Assembly: GCA_035290965.1 (NCBI GenBank)
Contig: DATDTD010000071.1
Location: forward strand, 48,155 to 112,154
Length of the DNA stretch: 64,000 nucleotides
Origin: an archaeon
Lineage (GTDB): Archaea; Iainarchaeota; Iainarchaeia; Iainarchaeales; GCA-2688035
Reading direction: 5' to 3'
A program made the position numbers and the translations under genes. Of the stretch, positions 39,876-50,077 are shown in pieces. The stretch's first letter is position 1. Each line of letters starts with the position of its first letter. The notes below the pieces were generated by a model that did no database searches, had not been told where the DNA came from, and was given only the letters and a program-made list of their open reading frames with translations.

Positions 39876-41192
39876 GTGATTGGGTTGGATGTTGCGGTTG
39901 TAGGGACAGGTTATGTCGGACTGGTTGCAGGGGCATGCTTTGCTGAAATGGGAAACAAGGTGCACTGCGTCGACATTGACAAAAAAAAGATTGAAATTCT
40001 GAATTCGGGAAAATGCCCGATTTACGAGCCGGGATTGGAGCCTCTGCTTGAGAGAAATGCAAAGGCAGGCAGGCTGTTTTTTACAACAGACATAAAGAAA
40101 GCGGTTAAGGAAAGCGCGATTATTTTCATTGCAGTAGGAACCCCTCCAAAGCCGAACGGGGATGCGGATCTGAGCTTTGTGGAAAACGTTGCAAGGACAA
40201 TTGCCGAGACTGCAACCGAAAGCAAGATTGTTGTGGAAAAAAGCACTGTGCCTGTTGAAACAGGAGAAAGGATTGCTAGTGTCTTGAAACTTTACAATCC
40301 GCACAAGGTTGAATTTTTTGTGGTTAGCAATCCGGAATTCCTGCGCGAGGGCTCGGCAGTAAAGGATTTTCTGGAGCCTGACAGGATTGTAATAGGAACT
40401 GACAGCGGGCATGCAAGAAAAATAATGGAAGAGCTCTACAAGCCCTTGAACGCAAAAATTTTGTTTACTGATGTCAAGAGCGCCGAAATAATAAAGCACG
40501 CGAGCAACAGCTTCCTTGCGACAAAAATTTCTTTCATAAATGCAGTGGCAAACATATGCGAAAAAACAGGGGCAGACATAAAAAAGGTTGCAGAGGGAAT
40601 GGGATTGGACAAAAGAATAGGAAGGTCCTTCCTGGATTCGGGAATCGGATACGGGGGGTTCTGCTTTCCGAAGGACGTGGAGGCATTTATCCGGATTTCG
40701 GAAAAACTGGGATATGATTTCAAATTATTGAGGGAGGTCCAGAGCGTCAATGAAAACCAGAGAAAGATTTTTGTGAAAAAAATAGAGAAAAAGCTCTGGA
40801 ACCTGAACGGAAAAAAAATAGGTGTTTTAGGACTGTCTTTCAAGCCTAACACTGACGACATGAGGTTTGCGCCGAGCATTGAAATAATAAAAATGCTGCA
40901 GCAGGAAGGCGCGAACATAAGCGCTTTCGACCCTGCCGCAATGGAAAGGGCAAAGGCTGATTTGAACGGCATTGAATACTGCGAAAACTGCTATGATGCC
41001 GCAAAAGATTCCGAGGCGCTGCTCATACTGACTGAATGGCAGGAATTCCTGAATCTTGATTTCAAAAAAATCAAGGATTCAATGAAAACGCCTTTTTTGT
41101 TCGACGGCAGAAACTGCCTTGAACAGGCTGAAATGAAAAAAATAGGTTTCAATTACTGCGGAGTCGGAAGGCACGCAAAACTCGAGGATTAA
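39876..41192 (+). CDS. ugd: UDP-glucose 6-dehydrogenase
   Basis: N-terminal VVGTGYVGLV NAD-binding motif. Catalytic GYGGFCFPKD motif. Confidence 0.9.
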   Translation: MIGLDVAVVGTGYVGLVAGACFAEMGNKVHCVDIDKKKIEILNSGKCPIYEPGLEPLLERNAKAGRLFFTTDIKKAVKESAIIFIAVGTPPKPNGDADLSFVENVARTIAETATESKIVVEKSTVPVETGERIASVLKLYNPHKVEFFVVSNPEFLREGSAVKDFLEPDRIVIGTDSGHARKIMEELYKPLNAKILFTDVKSAEIIKHASNSFLATKISFINAVANICEKTGADIKKVAEGMGLDKRIGRSFLDSGIGYGGFCFPKDVEAFIRISEKLGYDFKLLREVQSVNENQRKIFVKKIEKKLWNLNGKKIGVLGLSFKPNTDDMRFAPSIEIIKMLQQEGANISAFDPAAMERAKADLNGIEYCENCYDAAKDSEALLILTEWQEFLNLDFKKIKDSMKTPFLFDGRNCLEQAEMKKIGFNYCGVGRHAKLED

Positions 41193-41207
41193 AAAAAAGT
41201 GTTTTGA

Positions 41208-41969
41208 ATGAAAGCAATAATTCCGGTAGCTGGTTATGCGACAAGAATGTATCCTCTCACTGAAAACATGCCGAAGGCTCTGCTCGAGGTTGCGGGAAAG
41301 CCGATGATGGAACATGTCTTTGAAAAAATTTCAGAACTGAAGGAAATAGAACAGGTTGTTGTTGTTTCAAACCACAAGTATTTTGAAAGATTCCGCGAAT
41401 GGGCCGAAAAATTCGGGCGCAGAACAAAAATTCCAATTTTAGTGATTGACGACGGAACTGCTTCGAGCGAAAACAGGCTCGGCGCAATAGGGGATGCGCA
41501 GTTTGCCGTGGAAAAAGCTGGCATTAATGGGGACCTGCTCTGGATTTCAGGCGACAATCTCTTTACCTTTTCCCTGAAGGAAATGCAGAAGGAGTTTGAA
41601 GAAAAAAAAACCGATTTGATTGCATGCTATGATGTAAGGGATTCTGAAGAGACAAAAAAAATGTCGGAAGCAAGGCTTGATTCTGAAAACAGGGTTGTTT
41701 TTTTCGAGGAAAAGCCGCAGCACCCTGAAACAACCCAGGTTTCAATAGGAATTTATTTTTACACCGCGGAAACAGTAAGGCTGTTCAAAAAATATCTCGA
41801 GGAAGGGAACAGCCCGGATAAGCCGGGAGAGTTTGTCCAGTGGCTCTACAAGCAGAAGCCTGTTTTTGCAAAAGTTTTTGGCGGAAAAAAAGACTTCTGG
41901 TTTGACATAGGCAGCCTGCAGATGTTCGAGCACGTGAAAATAGAATTCGCGAAACTTGCCAAAAAGTGA
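41208..41969 (+). CDS. sugar-1-phosphate nucleotidyltransferase
   Basis: MKAIIPVAGYATRMYPLT…PKALL… (G-loop plus K-motif). Confidence 0.8.
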   Translation: MKAIIPVAGYATRMYPLTENMPKALLEVAGKPMMEHVFEKISELKEIEQVVVVSNHKYFERFREWAEKFGRRTKIPILVIDDGTASSENRLGAIGDAQFAVEKAGINGDLLWISGDNLFTFSLKEMQKEFEEKKTDLIACYDVRDSEETKKMSEARLDSENRVVFFEEKPQHPETTQVSIGIYFYTAETVRLFKKYLEEGNSPDKPGEFVQWLYKQKPVFAKVFGGKKDFWFDIGSLQMFEHVKIEFAKLAKK

Positions 41970-42024
41970 ATTAAAAAAACATTTGCACAAGAGATTTTTG
42001 CATAACTTGCTTTGGTCTTGAAAA

Positions 42025-42963
42025 ATGCCTGAAAAGGTTCTTGTAACAGGGGGAGCGGGATTCATCGGCTCCACAACCGCAGATTTGCTTATTGAAAACG
42101 GGTTTGAAGTATGCATTGTTGACAATCTTTTCATGGGAAAAAAAGAAAACATTCCGAAAAAAGCAGTTTTTTACAAGGCGGATGTAAGGGAAAAAAAAGC
42201 CCTGCAGAAAATTTTTGAAAAGGAAAAGCCGCAGTATGCAATGCACTTTGCGGCACACATGAATCTGAGGCAGTCAATCACTGACCCTTTTTTCAACGCG
42301 GACGTGAATATCACAGGTTCCCTGAACCTGCTTGAATGCTGCAGGGAGGCAAAAACAAAAAAAATTATTTTTGCCTCTTCGGGGGGCGCTGCTTATGGGG
42401 ATCCTTTTGAACTGCCTGTTCCCGAAAGCCATGCCCTTCAGCCGCTGTCGCCATATGGGGCTTCGAAAATAGCGGTTGAACAGTATCTTTTTTCCTACTG
42501 GAAAAATTTCGGGCTTGATTTTACGGCAATGAGATATGCGAATGTTTACGGACCGCGGCAGAATCCTGAAAGCGAAGCGGGAGTAATTTCCATTTTTGCA
42601 AGGGCAATGCTTGAAAATCGGGAGCCGCTTATTTTTGGAAACGGAGAACAGACAAGGGATTTTGTTTTTTCAGGGGATGTCGCAAGGGCAAACTTGCTCG
42701 CGCTGAAAAAAGATACAAAAAGAAAAATCTTCAATATAGGGACAAGCGAGGAGCACTCTGTAAACGAAATTTTTTCATATTTAAAAAAATTTTTCGGGTT
42801 TGAAAAAGGCGCTGTTAAAAAGCCGGCAATTTCCGGAGAAGTGAAAAGAATTTCGCTTGACAATTCGAATGCAAAAAAAGAGCTTTCATGGGCTCCCGAA
42901 ACCAGCTTTGCAAAAGGCCTTGAAATCACTGCAGAATGGTTCAAAAAAGAGGCTGAAAAATGA
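42025..42963 (+). CDS. NAD-dependent sugar-nucleotide epimerase/dehydratase (GalE-like)
   Basis: [12 protein letters not shown] Rossmann motif. YxxxK-type SDR catalytic residues (YGASK). Confidence 0.85.
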   Translation: MPEKVLVTGGAGFIGSTTADLLIENGFEVCIVDNLFMGKKENIPKKAVFYKADVREKKALQKIFEKEKPQYAMHFAAHMNLRQSITDPFFNADVNITGSLNLLECCREAKTKKIIFASSGGAAYGDPFELPVPESHALQPLSPYGASKIAVEQYLFSYWKNFGLDFTAMRYANVYGPRQNPESEAGVISIFARAMLENREPLIFGNGEQTRDFVFSGDVARANLLALKKDTKRKIFNIGTSEEHSVNEIFSYLKKFFGFEKGAVKKPAISGEVKRISLDNSNAKKELSWAPETSFAKGLEITAEWFKKEAEK

Positions 42964-43886
42964 AAATAATTGTCGCGGGCGGCGCAGGCTTCATTGGAAG
43001 CCATTTGTGCGAAAGGCTTATTGAAGAGGAAAATGAAGTAATTGCACTAGACAATTTCTGCACTGGAACAAAAAAAAACATTGAACTGCTTGAAAAAAAC
43101 AAAAATTTTTCTTTTTTAGAGCACGATATTCAGGAGCCTCTGGAAATAGAAGAAAAAATCTCGCAGGTTTACAACTGCGCCTCTCCCGCAAGCCCTGTGG
43201 ATTTTTCAAAAATACCCATTGAAATAATGCTTACAAACTCTCTGGGAATAAAAAACCTTCTCGATTTCTGCCTTGAAAAAAAGGCAAGGTTTCTGCAGAC
43301 ATCAACCTCTGAAGTTTACGGCGATCCCCTCGAACATCCGCAGAAAGAATCCTACTGGGGAAATGTAAATCCGATAGGGCAGAGGGCGTGCTATGATGAG
43401 GCAAAGAGATTCGCGGAAGCGCTTATAATGTCGTACAAAAGGGCGAAGAATCTTGAAGTGCGCATAGCGAGAATTTTCAATACCTTCGGGCCGAGGATGC
43501 GGAAGGACGACGGAAGAGCTATTCCGGAATTCATAGGAAAGGCGCTGCAGAATCTCCCTTTGGAGGTTTTCGGAAGCGGGAAACAGACAAGGAGCTTCTG
43601 CTATGTTTCAGACCAGGTTGCGGGATTAATTGCACTGATGAATTCTGATTTTACAGGGCCTGTAAATATCGGAAATCCAGTGGAAATAACACTGCTCGAG
43701 CTTGCGCAGAAAACAATTGAATTTTCAGGTTCAAAATCAAAAATTGTTTTTAAGGCACTGCCCCAGGACGACCCAAAAAAAAGAAAGCCCGACATTTCCC
43801 TTGCAAGGGAAAAATTGTCCTGGGAGCCTAAGGAAAAATGGGAAAACGGGCTGAAAAAGACAATTGAATGGTTCAAAAAAAACTGA
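42960..43886 (+). CDS. UDP-glucuronate decarboxylase (UDP-xylose synthase)-like SDR
   Basis: [18 protein letters not shown]. Strong similarity pattern to UXS (…SEVYGDP…YDEAKR…). Immediately downstream of ugd. Confidence 0.75.
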   Translation: MKIIVAGGAGFIGSHLCERLIEEENEVIALDNFCTGTKKNIELLEKNKNFSFLEHDIQEPLEIEEKISQVYNCASPASPVDFSKIPIEIMLTNSLGIKNLLDFCLEKKARFLQTSTSEVYGDPLEHPQKESYWGNVNPIGQRACYDEAKRFAEALIMSYKRAKNLEVRIARIFNTFGPRMRKDDGRAIPEFIGKALQNLPLEVFGSGKQTRSFCYVSDQVAGLIALMNSDFTGPVNIGNPVEITLLELAQKTIEFSGSKSKIVFKALPQDDPKKRKPDISLAREKLSWEPKEKWENGLKKTIEWFKKN

Positions 43887-43960
43887 TTCCTAAATTTGGA
43901 ATGTTTTTTCCAAGAGCATGGCTTTAAAAATTTTTTTTTCTTTATTCTATCGGTGCTATT

Positions 43961-46309
43961 TTGCTGAAAAAAGCCTTGATTGTTTTTTTTGCATTGCTTC
44001 TCCTGTCTTCGGGAGCCTTCGCAGTAATAACGCACGACACCATGAAAGTTTTTGCAGTAACAGAAGACGGGCAGACTGCAATGAGCGCTGATTTAGGCCT
44101 TACAATAGAATCCGGAACCGGAAGAGTATGGAGCAGCGTTGAACCCCTCATTGGAACTTCTACACAGGCAACTGAAAAAATAGCTGTTTCAATTGCAAAA
44201 AACTATTTTAGCAGGGTTGATGCCTATGATTACAAGTTCGACATCAACAGCAATGCATCCCTTGTAGACGGGCCGAGCGCGGGAGCCGCAATGACTCTGC
44301 TTGTTGTTTCAATGCTTGAAGACAAAAAAGTCCCTGAAAATGTCGGGATTACGGGAACAATTACAACAGACGGAAGCGTTGGGCAGGTTGGAGGAGTATT
44401 CAAAAAGGCGCAGGAAGCCGCGCGCATCGGAATAAAGCTTTTCATGATTCCTTCGGGGGAAGCAAAGCAGATAGTGAAAAACAATACAGTGGAATCAATA
44501 AACCTGATTGATTATGCCTCAAAAAACTGGGGCATGAAGGTAGTGGAAGTAAACAATATAGACGATGTATTAAAACTCGCTTTTACTGAAATTTCAAGCA
44601 TTGACGTGAACTCTGCAAAATCTGAAATGCCGGATTTTGTTCCCCAGTCAATTGCAATTTCGCCCAATCTTTCAAAAATGAAGGAACTCACAAACACTTA
44701 CATACAAAAAGCAACTGATTCTGTTTCAAACGCACGAAAAAGCCTCACTGGAACGCTTTTAAACGACCCGGGCACGCTTGATGCGCTGCTTGCCGCGCTT
44801 ACCAATGCGGAAGACAGCCTGCAGAGCGCAAAAATACTTGCAGACCAGAACTTTTTGTACAGCGCGGCAAACTATGCCTTTCTTGCACAGGTGAGCGCCA
44901 ACTTTGTTGGAGACATAAGCAAAGATCCTTCACTAGCGGACCCGGGCTCACCAAGCCTGGATTTAAGAATAATGGATTTGAAAAAACAGATTGAACAGCA
45001 GAAAAAGGACCTGAACGATTTTGTTCCCATAGAGGACTGGGAATGGCACATTGCCGCACAGGAAAGGCTTGAATGGGCGGAACAAAAAATAGACGCTTTG
45101 ATACAGCAGAAAACAGTTGCAATCCAGCCTGACGGCTCTGCGGATTCGCTGCAGGATTTGCAGGATTTCGAATTTGCGGGTGCATGGCTGGGCGCTTCAG
45201 AGAATTTTGCGGCATTGACAAAAACCTCGACAAAAAAAGTCCGCTCAAAAACAATGTTCAACAATGAAATTGCAACAAACATTCTCAATGCGCAGAACAA
45301 TATCAATGCGCTTCCTCAGGAGGACAATTCAGACACTGAAAGAAGGATTGAAACAGCAAAAAAAGAGCAGGAATACGGCTGGAGCGCTGCGGCATTGTTT
45401 GATTCCTCTTCGGCGCTTGCGCTTTCAAATGCGGCAATCTTTACCCAGAACAAGGATTTGAACGAACTGACAGGCGTTCTTGAACAAAAAACAGCTGATT
45501 TGAAACAGCAGCTCGCGCAAAAAGGAAACAATTTTGCATGGGCACAATTGTATCTCGACCATGCAAATTATTACCTTGAAGGAGTTTATTTTTACAAAAG
45601 CAAGGGCATGAATCTGCAGGCTCTTGAAATGGCAAAAAGCGGTGTTTCAATCGCTTACTTGGCGGAAGCAATCTTCAATGCCTCAAAGCAAGCCGATGCG
45701 TATTATTCAAGCGTTCCGCAGTCAGAGCTTGTTGCAGTGGAAAACAGCCAGGTAATCTTTTTGCCAAGCGAGGAAATTATCCCCGCAATAACTGCATTGT
45801 TAATAGTGGCAATAATCCTTGTTTCATTGTTTTTGCTTGTGCGCTATTACAAAAAAGTTCCCGCAAAGAATTCCGCAGAGGCAATAAAACAGGCGAGGGC
45901 AAGGCTTGATTCATTGTTTGCGGAAAAAAAGATTTCTCTGGAAAAATATCTGGAAATGCATTCAATTCTTGAAAGCAGGCTGCAGGAAATCGGAAGAGAC
46001 AGGGCTTCCTTGAGCCATACGACAGTGAAAAACGACAGAATGCGCTTCGAGTTACAAGCCTTGAGAAAAACCCTTCTGGAACTGCAGAAACAGCGGAAAC
46101 AGGGAGTAATAACAAAAAGAGACTTTGAAAAAAGCTCTGCAAAAATAGCTTTAAAAATAGCTTTTTTGAGAAAGGCGATTGCCGAAGACGAAAAGGATAT
46201 TTCTGCGGAAAAAAGCAAAATAAAAAAAGAGCTTGTTGATTACAGCGCGGAAGCAAAAAAAATAGTTTCATCCGCAAAAAAAGCAAAAACAAAAAAAGAA
46301 AAAAAATAA
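43961..46309 (+). CDS. exported Lon-like S16 serine protease domain protein (archaeal COG1750-type) with long coiled-coil region, one TM helix and SHOCT-like tail
   Basis: Signal peptide. Lon catalytic Ser in DGPSAGAAM and Lys in GGVFKKAQEA. Coiled coil follows, then TM IIPAITALLIVAIILVSLFLLV, then C-terminal KISLEKYLEMHSILESRL. Confidence 0.7.
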   Translation: MLKKALIVFFALLLLSSGAFAVITHDTMKVFAVTEDGQTAMSADLGLTIESGTGRVWSSVEPLIGTSTQATEKIAVSIAKNYFSRVDAYDYKFDINSNASLVDGPSAGAAMTLLVVSMLEDKKVPENVGITGTITTDGSVGQVGGVFKKAQEAARIGIKLFMIPSGEAKQIVKNNTVESINLIDYASKNWGMKVVEVNNIDDVLKLAFTEISSIDVNSAKSEMPDFVPQSIAISPNLSKMKELTNTYIQKATDSVSNARKSLTGTLLNDPGTLDALLAALTNAEDSLQSAKILADQNFLYSAANYAFLAQVSANFVGDISKDPSLADPGSPSLDLRIMDLKKQIEQQKKDLNDFVPIEDWEWHIAAQERLEWAEQKIDALIQQKTVAIQPDGSADSLQDLQDFEFAGAWLGASENFAALTKTSTKKVRSKTMFNNEIATNILNAQNNINALPQEDNSDTERRIETAKKEQEYGWSAAALFDSSSALALSNAAIFTQNKDLNELTGVLEQKTADLKQQLAQKGNNFAWAQLYLDHANYYLEGVYFYKSKGMNLQALEMAKSGVSIAYLAEAIFNASKQADAYYSSVPQSELVAVENSQVIFLPSEEIIPAITALLIVAIILVSLFLLVRYYKKVPAKNSAEAIKQARARLDSLFAEKKISLEKYLEMHSILESRLQEIGRDRASLSHTTVKNDRMRFELQALRKTLLELQKQRKQGVITKRDFEKSSAKIALKIAFLRKAIAEDEKDISAEKSKIKKELVDYSAEAKKIVSSAKKAKTKKEKK

Positions 46310-49306
46310 TCAGGCAGTTGAAAAATTCTGGTTCTGCGCGTCAAGCTCTTCTTTTAGTTTCAATCCCACTACGCTGCTTTTCTGCCTGTTCAAGGCAACT
46401 CCGATTACCTGGCTTGCGCTCTGAATCAAGGGGTCATTGTGCGTAATTACAAGGAACTGGGATTTCTTGCTCATTTCCTTTATGAGGCCGACCATTTTTG
46501 CCGAGTTCTGCTTGTCAAGCGCTGCATCTGCCTCGTCAAAAACATAAAAAGGCGCGGGCTCGTACAACTGGATTGAAAACAAAAATGCAAGTGCTGCAAG
46601 TGTTTTTTCCCCGCCACTCATTGAATCAATGTTTTTCAGGACAGTGCCCTTGTGCTTTGCCTCAATCAGCAGGCCGGCTTCAAGAGGATTTGAAGGATTG
46701 CTCAGTGACAGCTGTCCGGAACCGGAAAACAATTCAAGGAAAACCCTTGAAAAATTCTTGTTCAGCTCATTGAAACAATCCATAAAAAAGCTTGTCCTCT
46801 TGAATTCAATCTTCTGAATCAGGTCAAGGACTGCGGTTTTTTCCTCTCCAAGAGTGCCGAGCTTCTGCCTTACATCCACGACTTCCTTCTGCAGCTCTTC
46901 AAACGATTCAACAGCCTTCATGTTTATTGCGCCGAGCTCTGCAATTCTTTTTTCAATTTCAATCACGCGCCTCTGCAGCTGCTTTTCATCGGCAAAATCT
47001 TTCAGGCGCGGAGTTTCGGCATACTGGGCGAATTCCTCTCCCAAATCAGAAAGCCTTACTTCAAGCTTTGAGTTCTCAATCTTAAAATCGTTTGCCTGCT
47101 GTTCAGTGCGCCGAATTTTCTGCTGCAAAGAATTTTTCCTTTCAAAGGAGACCGAAAGCTTCTGGTCTGCAAGGCTTTTTTCCTCCAACAAGCGTGCGCT
47201 TGCCTTTTCGGATTTTTTCATTTCTTCCTGCAAAGCAAGGAATTCCTTTTCAAGCAGAAGCAGTTTTGCGTCTCCGTTCCCTGTTTCCTTCTGCATTTCA
47301 GCATTGAATTTTTTCAGCTGGGAAATCTCTTCTTCCAGAAAAGACTTTTCCTCCGAGCTTTTTTCATTGCCGTGCAGAAAAAGCGATTTTTTCTGCTCGA
47401 GCAAACCGAAACGCAGCTGGATTTCATTAATCGAATTTGCAAGCGAAGAATGCTTTTCAAAGCCTGTGCCTGCCCTGAACTGCCTTGCCTCGTTTTCCTT
47501 TGCGGATTTTTTCGCTTTTGCCGCAAGCAATTGTTCCTCGAGCTTTTTTGCATCGCGCTCCTTCTGCTCAAGGGAATTTGCCGCAAGGGCTCTGCGCAGC
47601 TTTGAGTTTTTTTCCTCAAGCAGGGAATGCTTCTGCCTTATTTCTGAAAGATTAAAAACATCTGATTCAAGCTCGCGCTTTTTTTCAAAAATATTTTCGA
47701 GCAGCAATTTTTTTTCTTCAAGCTTTTTTGCATCCCTTGAAAAAACACCCAGCTTTGAATTCAGCTCTGCAAGCAAATCCTGCTTTTTTTCCATAAGCGA
47801 TTTCTTTTTTTCTGCTGAGAGCTTTGAATCGCATACAGGGCAGCTTGCAATCTGCTTCTGGAGCTCCTTCACTGCCTTCTGGGCTTCAAGAATTCCAGCT
47901 TCAAGAGTCTTGCTTTCAAGAAGGTTTTTTTTGCTTTCCTCGAGCGCAAGGGCAAGCTCTGATTTCAAATCCTTGTGCTCCTGCAGAAGCACGTCAAGGC
48001 TTTTTTTCCTTGATTCCTTTCTTTCAAGCTCTGAGCGCAGCTTTTCAAGTTCCGAGAAAGACTCCTGCAATAACTGCTTTGAAAAATCTATTTCGCGCTT
48101 AATGGATGAGATTTCTGATTTTTTTTCAAAAAGCGATTTCTGGATTTTTGCCTCTTCATCCGCAAATGCGAGCGTTTCCTTTTCAAGCTGCTTCAGGAAC
48201 TGTTCCTGCCCCAATCCCTTTTCCTCAAGGATTTTTTTGTTCTGTTTGAGGGCTGACAATTGTTCCTGCAGTTCCGGCAGTTCCTTTTCAATGCCTGAAA
48301 GCTCTTTTTCGCGCGAATTTTTTTCATTCAGAAGAAGCTTTACTTTTTCGTTCAGGGAAAAAATCTTGGCATTGTTTTTTTCAAGCATGTGCTTTTTTGT
48401 TTCAAGCGACTGCTGCAAAAGCATTTTTTCGGATTTTTTTTCCTCTGCCTTTATCCCGAAGTTTGAAAAAGTGCGCTCGCTCGCGCTCAGGATCTGGCTG
48501 TTTAATTCCTCAATCGACTGCCGAAGCTGCCCTGTTTTTTCATCCTCCTCGAAAATCTTTTTCTGAAGGGAGTTCTGCTCTTCTTCAAGCGAAAAAATCC
48601 TGTCGGAATTTTCCTTTCGAGAGGAGGTTATTTTTTCCATTTCAAGGAAAAGCCCTGTTGCAGTTGCCTGTTTTTTTTCCTCGCGCAGCTTTTCGAATTC
48701 AAGCGCTGCCTGCCTGTCTTTTTCAAGGCTCTGAAGGTAGTTTTCCCTTTCGGAAAGCACAATGCCAGCGTCCTTTATTTTTGTTTCAACTCTTTCAAGG
48801 TTTTTCAGGGACTCGACTTTTTTTTCATCGAATTCATGCAGGCCCGCTAATTCGTCAATAATCTGGCGCCTTTCTTCTGGAGACATTTCTATTATTCTTG
48901 TTGCATCGCCCTGCACTACAATATTGTGCCCGTTGGGCTTTATTCCCATCTCAGAAAGGAGGGAGCTTATTTCATTGAGTGTTTTTCTCTGGTCGTTTAA
49001 TCTGTAAACGCTTTTTCCCTGCTTGTCAATCATTCTGCTTATTTCATAGCGCGCATCGTTGTGCTTTATTACCAGATCGACTTTTGCATAGTTTTCCATT
49101 GCAGTGTTGTTGACAAGTTCCGAAAGCTTTGCCGCGCGCAGTGTTTTCAAAGAGGTTGTTCCGAGCGCAAACATAAGCGCGTCGAGAATGTTTGTTTTTC
49201 CGCAGCCGTTTCCCCCCACAATCGCAGTAAAGCCGTCGGCAAACGGGATTTCGGCCTTGCGGAAGCTCTTGAAGTTTTTCAAAACCAGCTTTTGGAGCTT
49301 TACCAT
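46310..49306 (-). CDS. smc: SMC-family chromosome-condensation ATPase (998 aa) with CxxC motif at coiled-coil midpoint
   Basis: N-terminal FKSF…GGNGCGKTNILDALMFALG (Walker A). C-terminal MSGGEKTLAALAFLFSIQLYEPAPFYVFDEADAALD (signature plus Walker B). CPVC at residues ~489-492 of 998. Confidence 0.8.
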   Translation of the reverse strand: MVKLQKLVLKNFKSFRKAEIPFADGFTAIVGGNGCGKTNILDALMFALGTTSLKTLRAAKLSELVNNTAMENYAKVDLVIKHNDARYEISRMIDKQGKSVYRLNDQRKTLNEISSLLSEMGIKPNGHNIVVQGDATRIIEMSPEERRQIIDELAGLHEFDEKKVESLKNLERVETKIKDAGIVLSERENYLQSLEKDRQAALEFEKLREEKKQATATGLFLEMEKITSSRKENSDRIFSLEEEQNSLQKKIFEEDEKTGQLRQSIEELNSQILSASERTFSNFGIKAEEKKSEKMLLQQSLETKKHMLEKNNAKIFSLNEKVKLLLNEKNSREKELSGIEKELPELQEQLSALKQNKKILEEKGLGQEQFLKQLEKETLAFADEEAKIQKSLFEKKSEISSIKREIDFSKQLLQESFSELEKLRSELERKESRKKSLDVLLQEHKDLKSELALALEESKKNLLESKTLEAGILEAQKAVKELQKQIASCPVCDSKLSAEKKKSLMEKKQDLLAELNSKLGVFSRDAKKLEEKKLLLENIFEKKRELESDVFNLSEIRQKHSLLEEKNSKLRRALAANSLEQKERDAKKLEEQLLAAKAKKSAKENEARQFRAGTGFEKHSSLANSINEIQLRFGLLEQKKSLFLHGNEKSSEEKSFLEEEISQLKKFNAEMQKETGNGDAKLLLLEKEFLALQEEMKKSEKASARLLEEKSLADQKLSVSFERKNSLQQKIRRTEQQANDFKIENSKLEVRLSDLGEEFAQYAETPRLKDFADEKQLQRRVIEIEKRIAELGAINMKAVESFEELQKEVVDVRQKLGTLGEEKTAVLDLIQKIEFKRTSFFMDCFNELNKNFSRVFLELFSGSGQLSLSNPSNPLEAGLLIEAKHKGTVLKNIDSMSGGEKTLAALAFLFSIQLYEPAPFYVFDEADAALDKQNSAKMVGLIKEMSKKSQFLVITHNDPLIQSASQVIGVALNRQKSSVVGLKLKEELDAQNQNFSTA

Positions 49307-49429
49307 TCTTTATTCCCCGAAAAAAAGGCATTAAGGCGCCAGATAGGTTTTTGAAGGAAAGGATTTAAAAATAAATTTTTAAGCAAAAAAGCGCGCAAAC
49401 AATTTGCATTTGCAGTGAAAGGCACGCGT

Positions 49430-50077
49430 TCACGACGGAAAAAATCCCTCGTCCATTGCCCATCTTCTCATTTGCGCCAATAAGTTCATGTCTTTGGAGT
49501 TTTTCGCGGCTTCAAGAGCCATTCCCCAGTATCTTCCAGATTCCTTGCTTCTGCCCTTAAACTTGTGCTCGCACGAAACCGCGAGGCTTGCCCAAAGTGC
49601 CGCCAGCTCCTTCAATTCCTGCGGTTTTTTTGCAAACGCAGTTGCTTTCAAAAGAACTTTTTCCGCGTCTTCAATCTGGCTGAATTGCGAGGCATAATGC
49701 GAGGCTCGAAGCATAACAGAATATCGTTCCAAAAACAGGTGAAACCTCTTTGCTTTCGAAATCTTGGCTCTGCTGCGTATTTCTTCTGCAGAAAGATGGG
49801 GAAGCCCCGCCAGTATTTTCTGAATGCGTTCCTGCAATTCATTGCGGGCTTCGGGAGTCACAGCATGCTTTTGAAGTTCAATCATGAGATTGGAAAAATG
49901 GCCGCTGTCAAAGTCTCCGCGGGTACTGACCAGAAAATTGTCAAGCCTGTCAAAAACCCTGTCGATTTGCGCAGCAGTAAAATATTTTTTGGACGGAATG
50001 CGGCTGGCACGGTATCTTTGCCTGTTTTTTGCAGCCGTTTTGCCTGCGCGCTTTTCAACGGGCATTTGCCGAAGCAC
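49430..50077 (-). CDS. hypothetical protein (215 aa) immediately upstream of the SMC-like gene
   Basis: ORF only. Confidence 0.4.
   Translation of the reverse strand: MLRQMPVEKRAGKTAAKNRQRYRASRIPSKKYFTAAQIDRVFDRLDNFLVSTRGDFDSGHFSNLMIELQKHAVTPEARNELQERIQKILAGLPHLSAEEIRSRAKISKAKRFHLFLERYSVMLRASHYASQFSQIEDAEKVLLKATAFAKKPQELKELAALWASLAVSCEHKFKGRSKESGRYWGMALEAAKNSKDMNLLAQMRRWAMDEGFFPS

Noticed and set aside
46854-48566. 570-aa plus-strand ORF, very Ser/Phe-rich
   Set aside because: It lies entirely antisense to the SMC-like gene. The coiled-coil coding sequence (GAA/AAG-rich) gives a long stop-free TTC/TCT-rich reverse frame with a low-complexity product.
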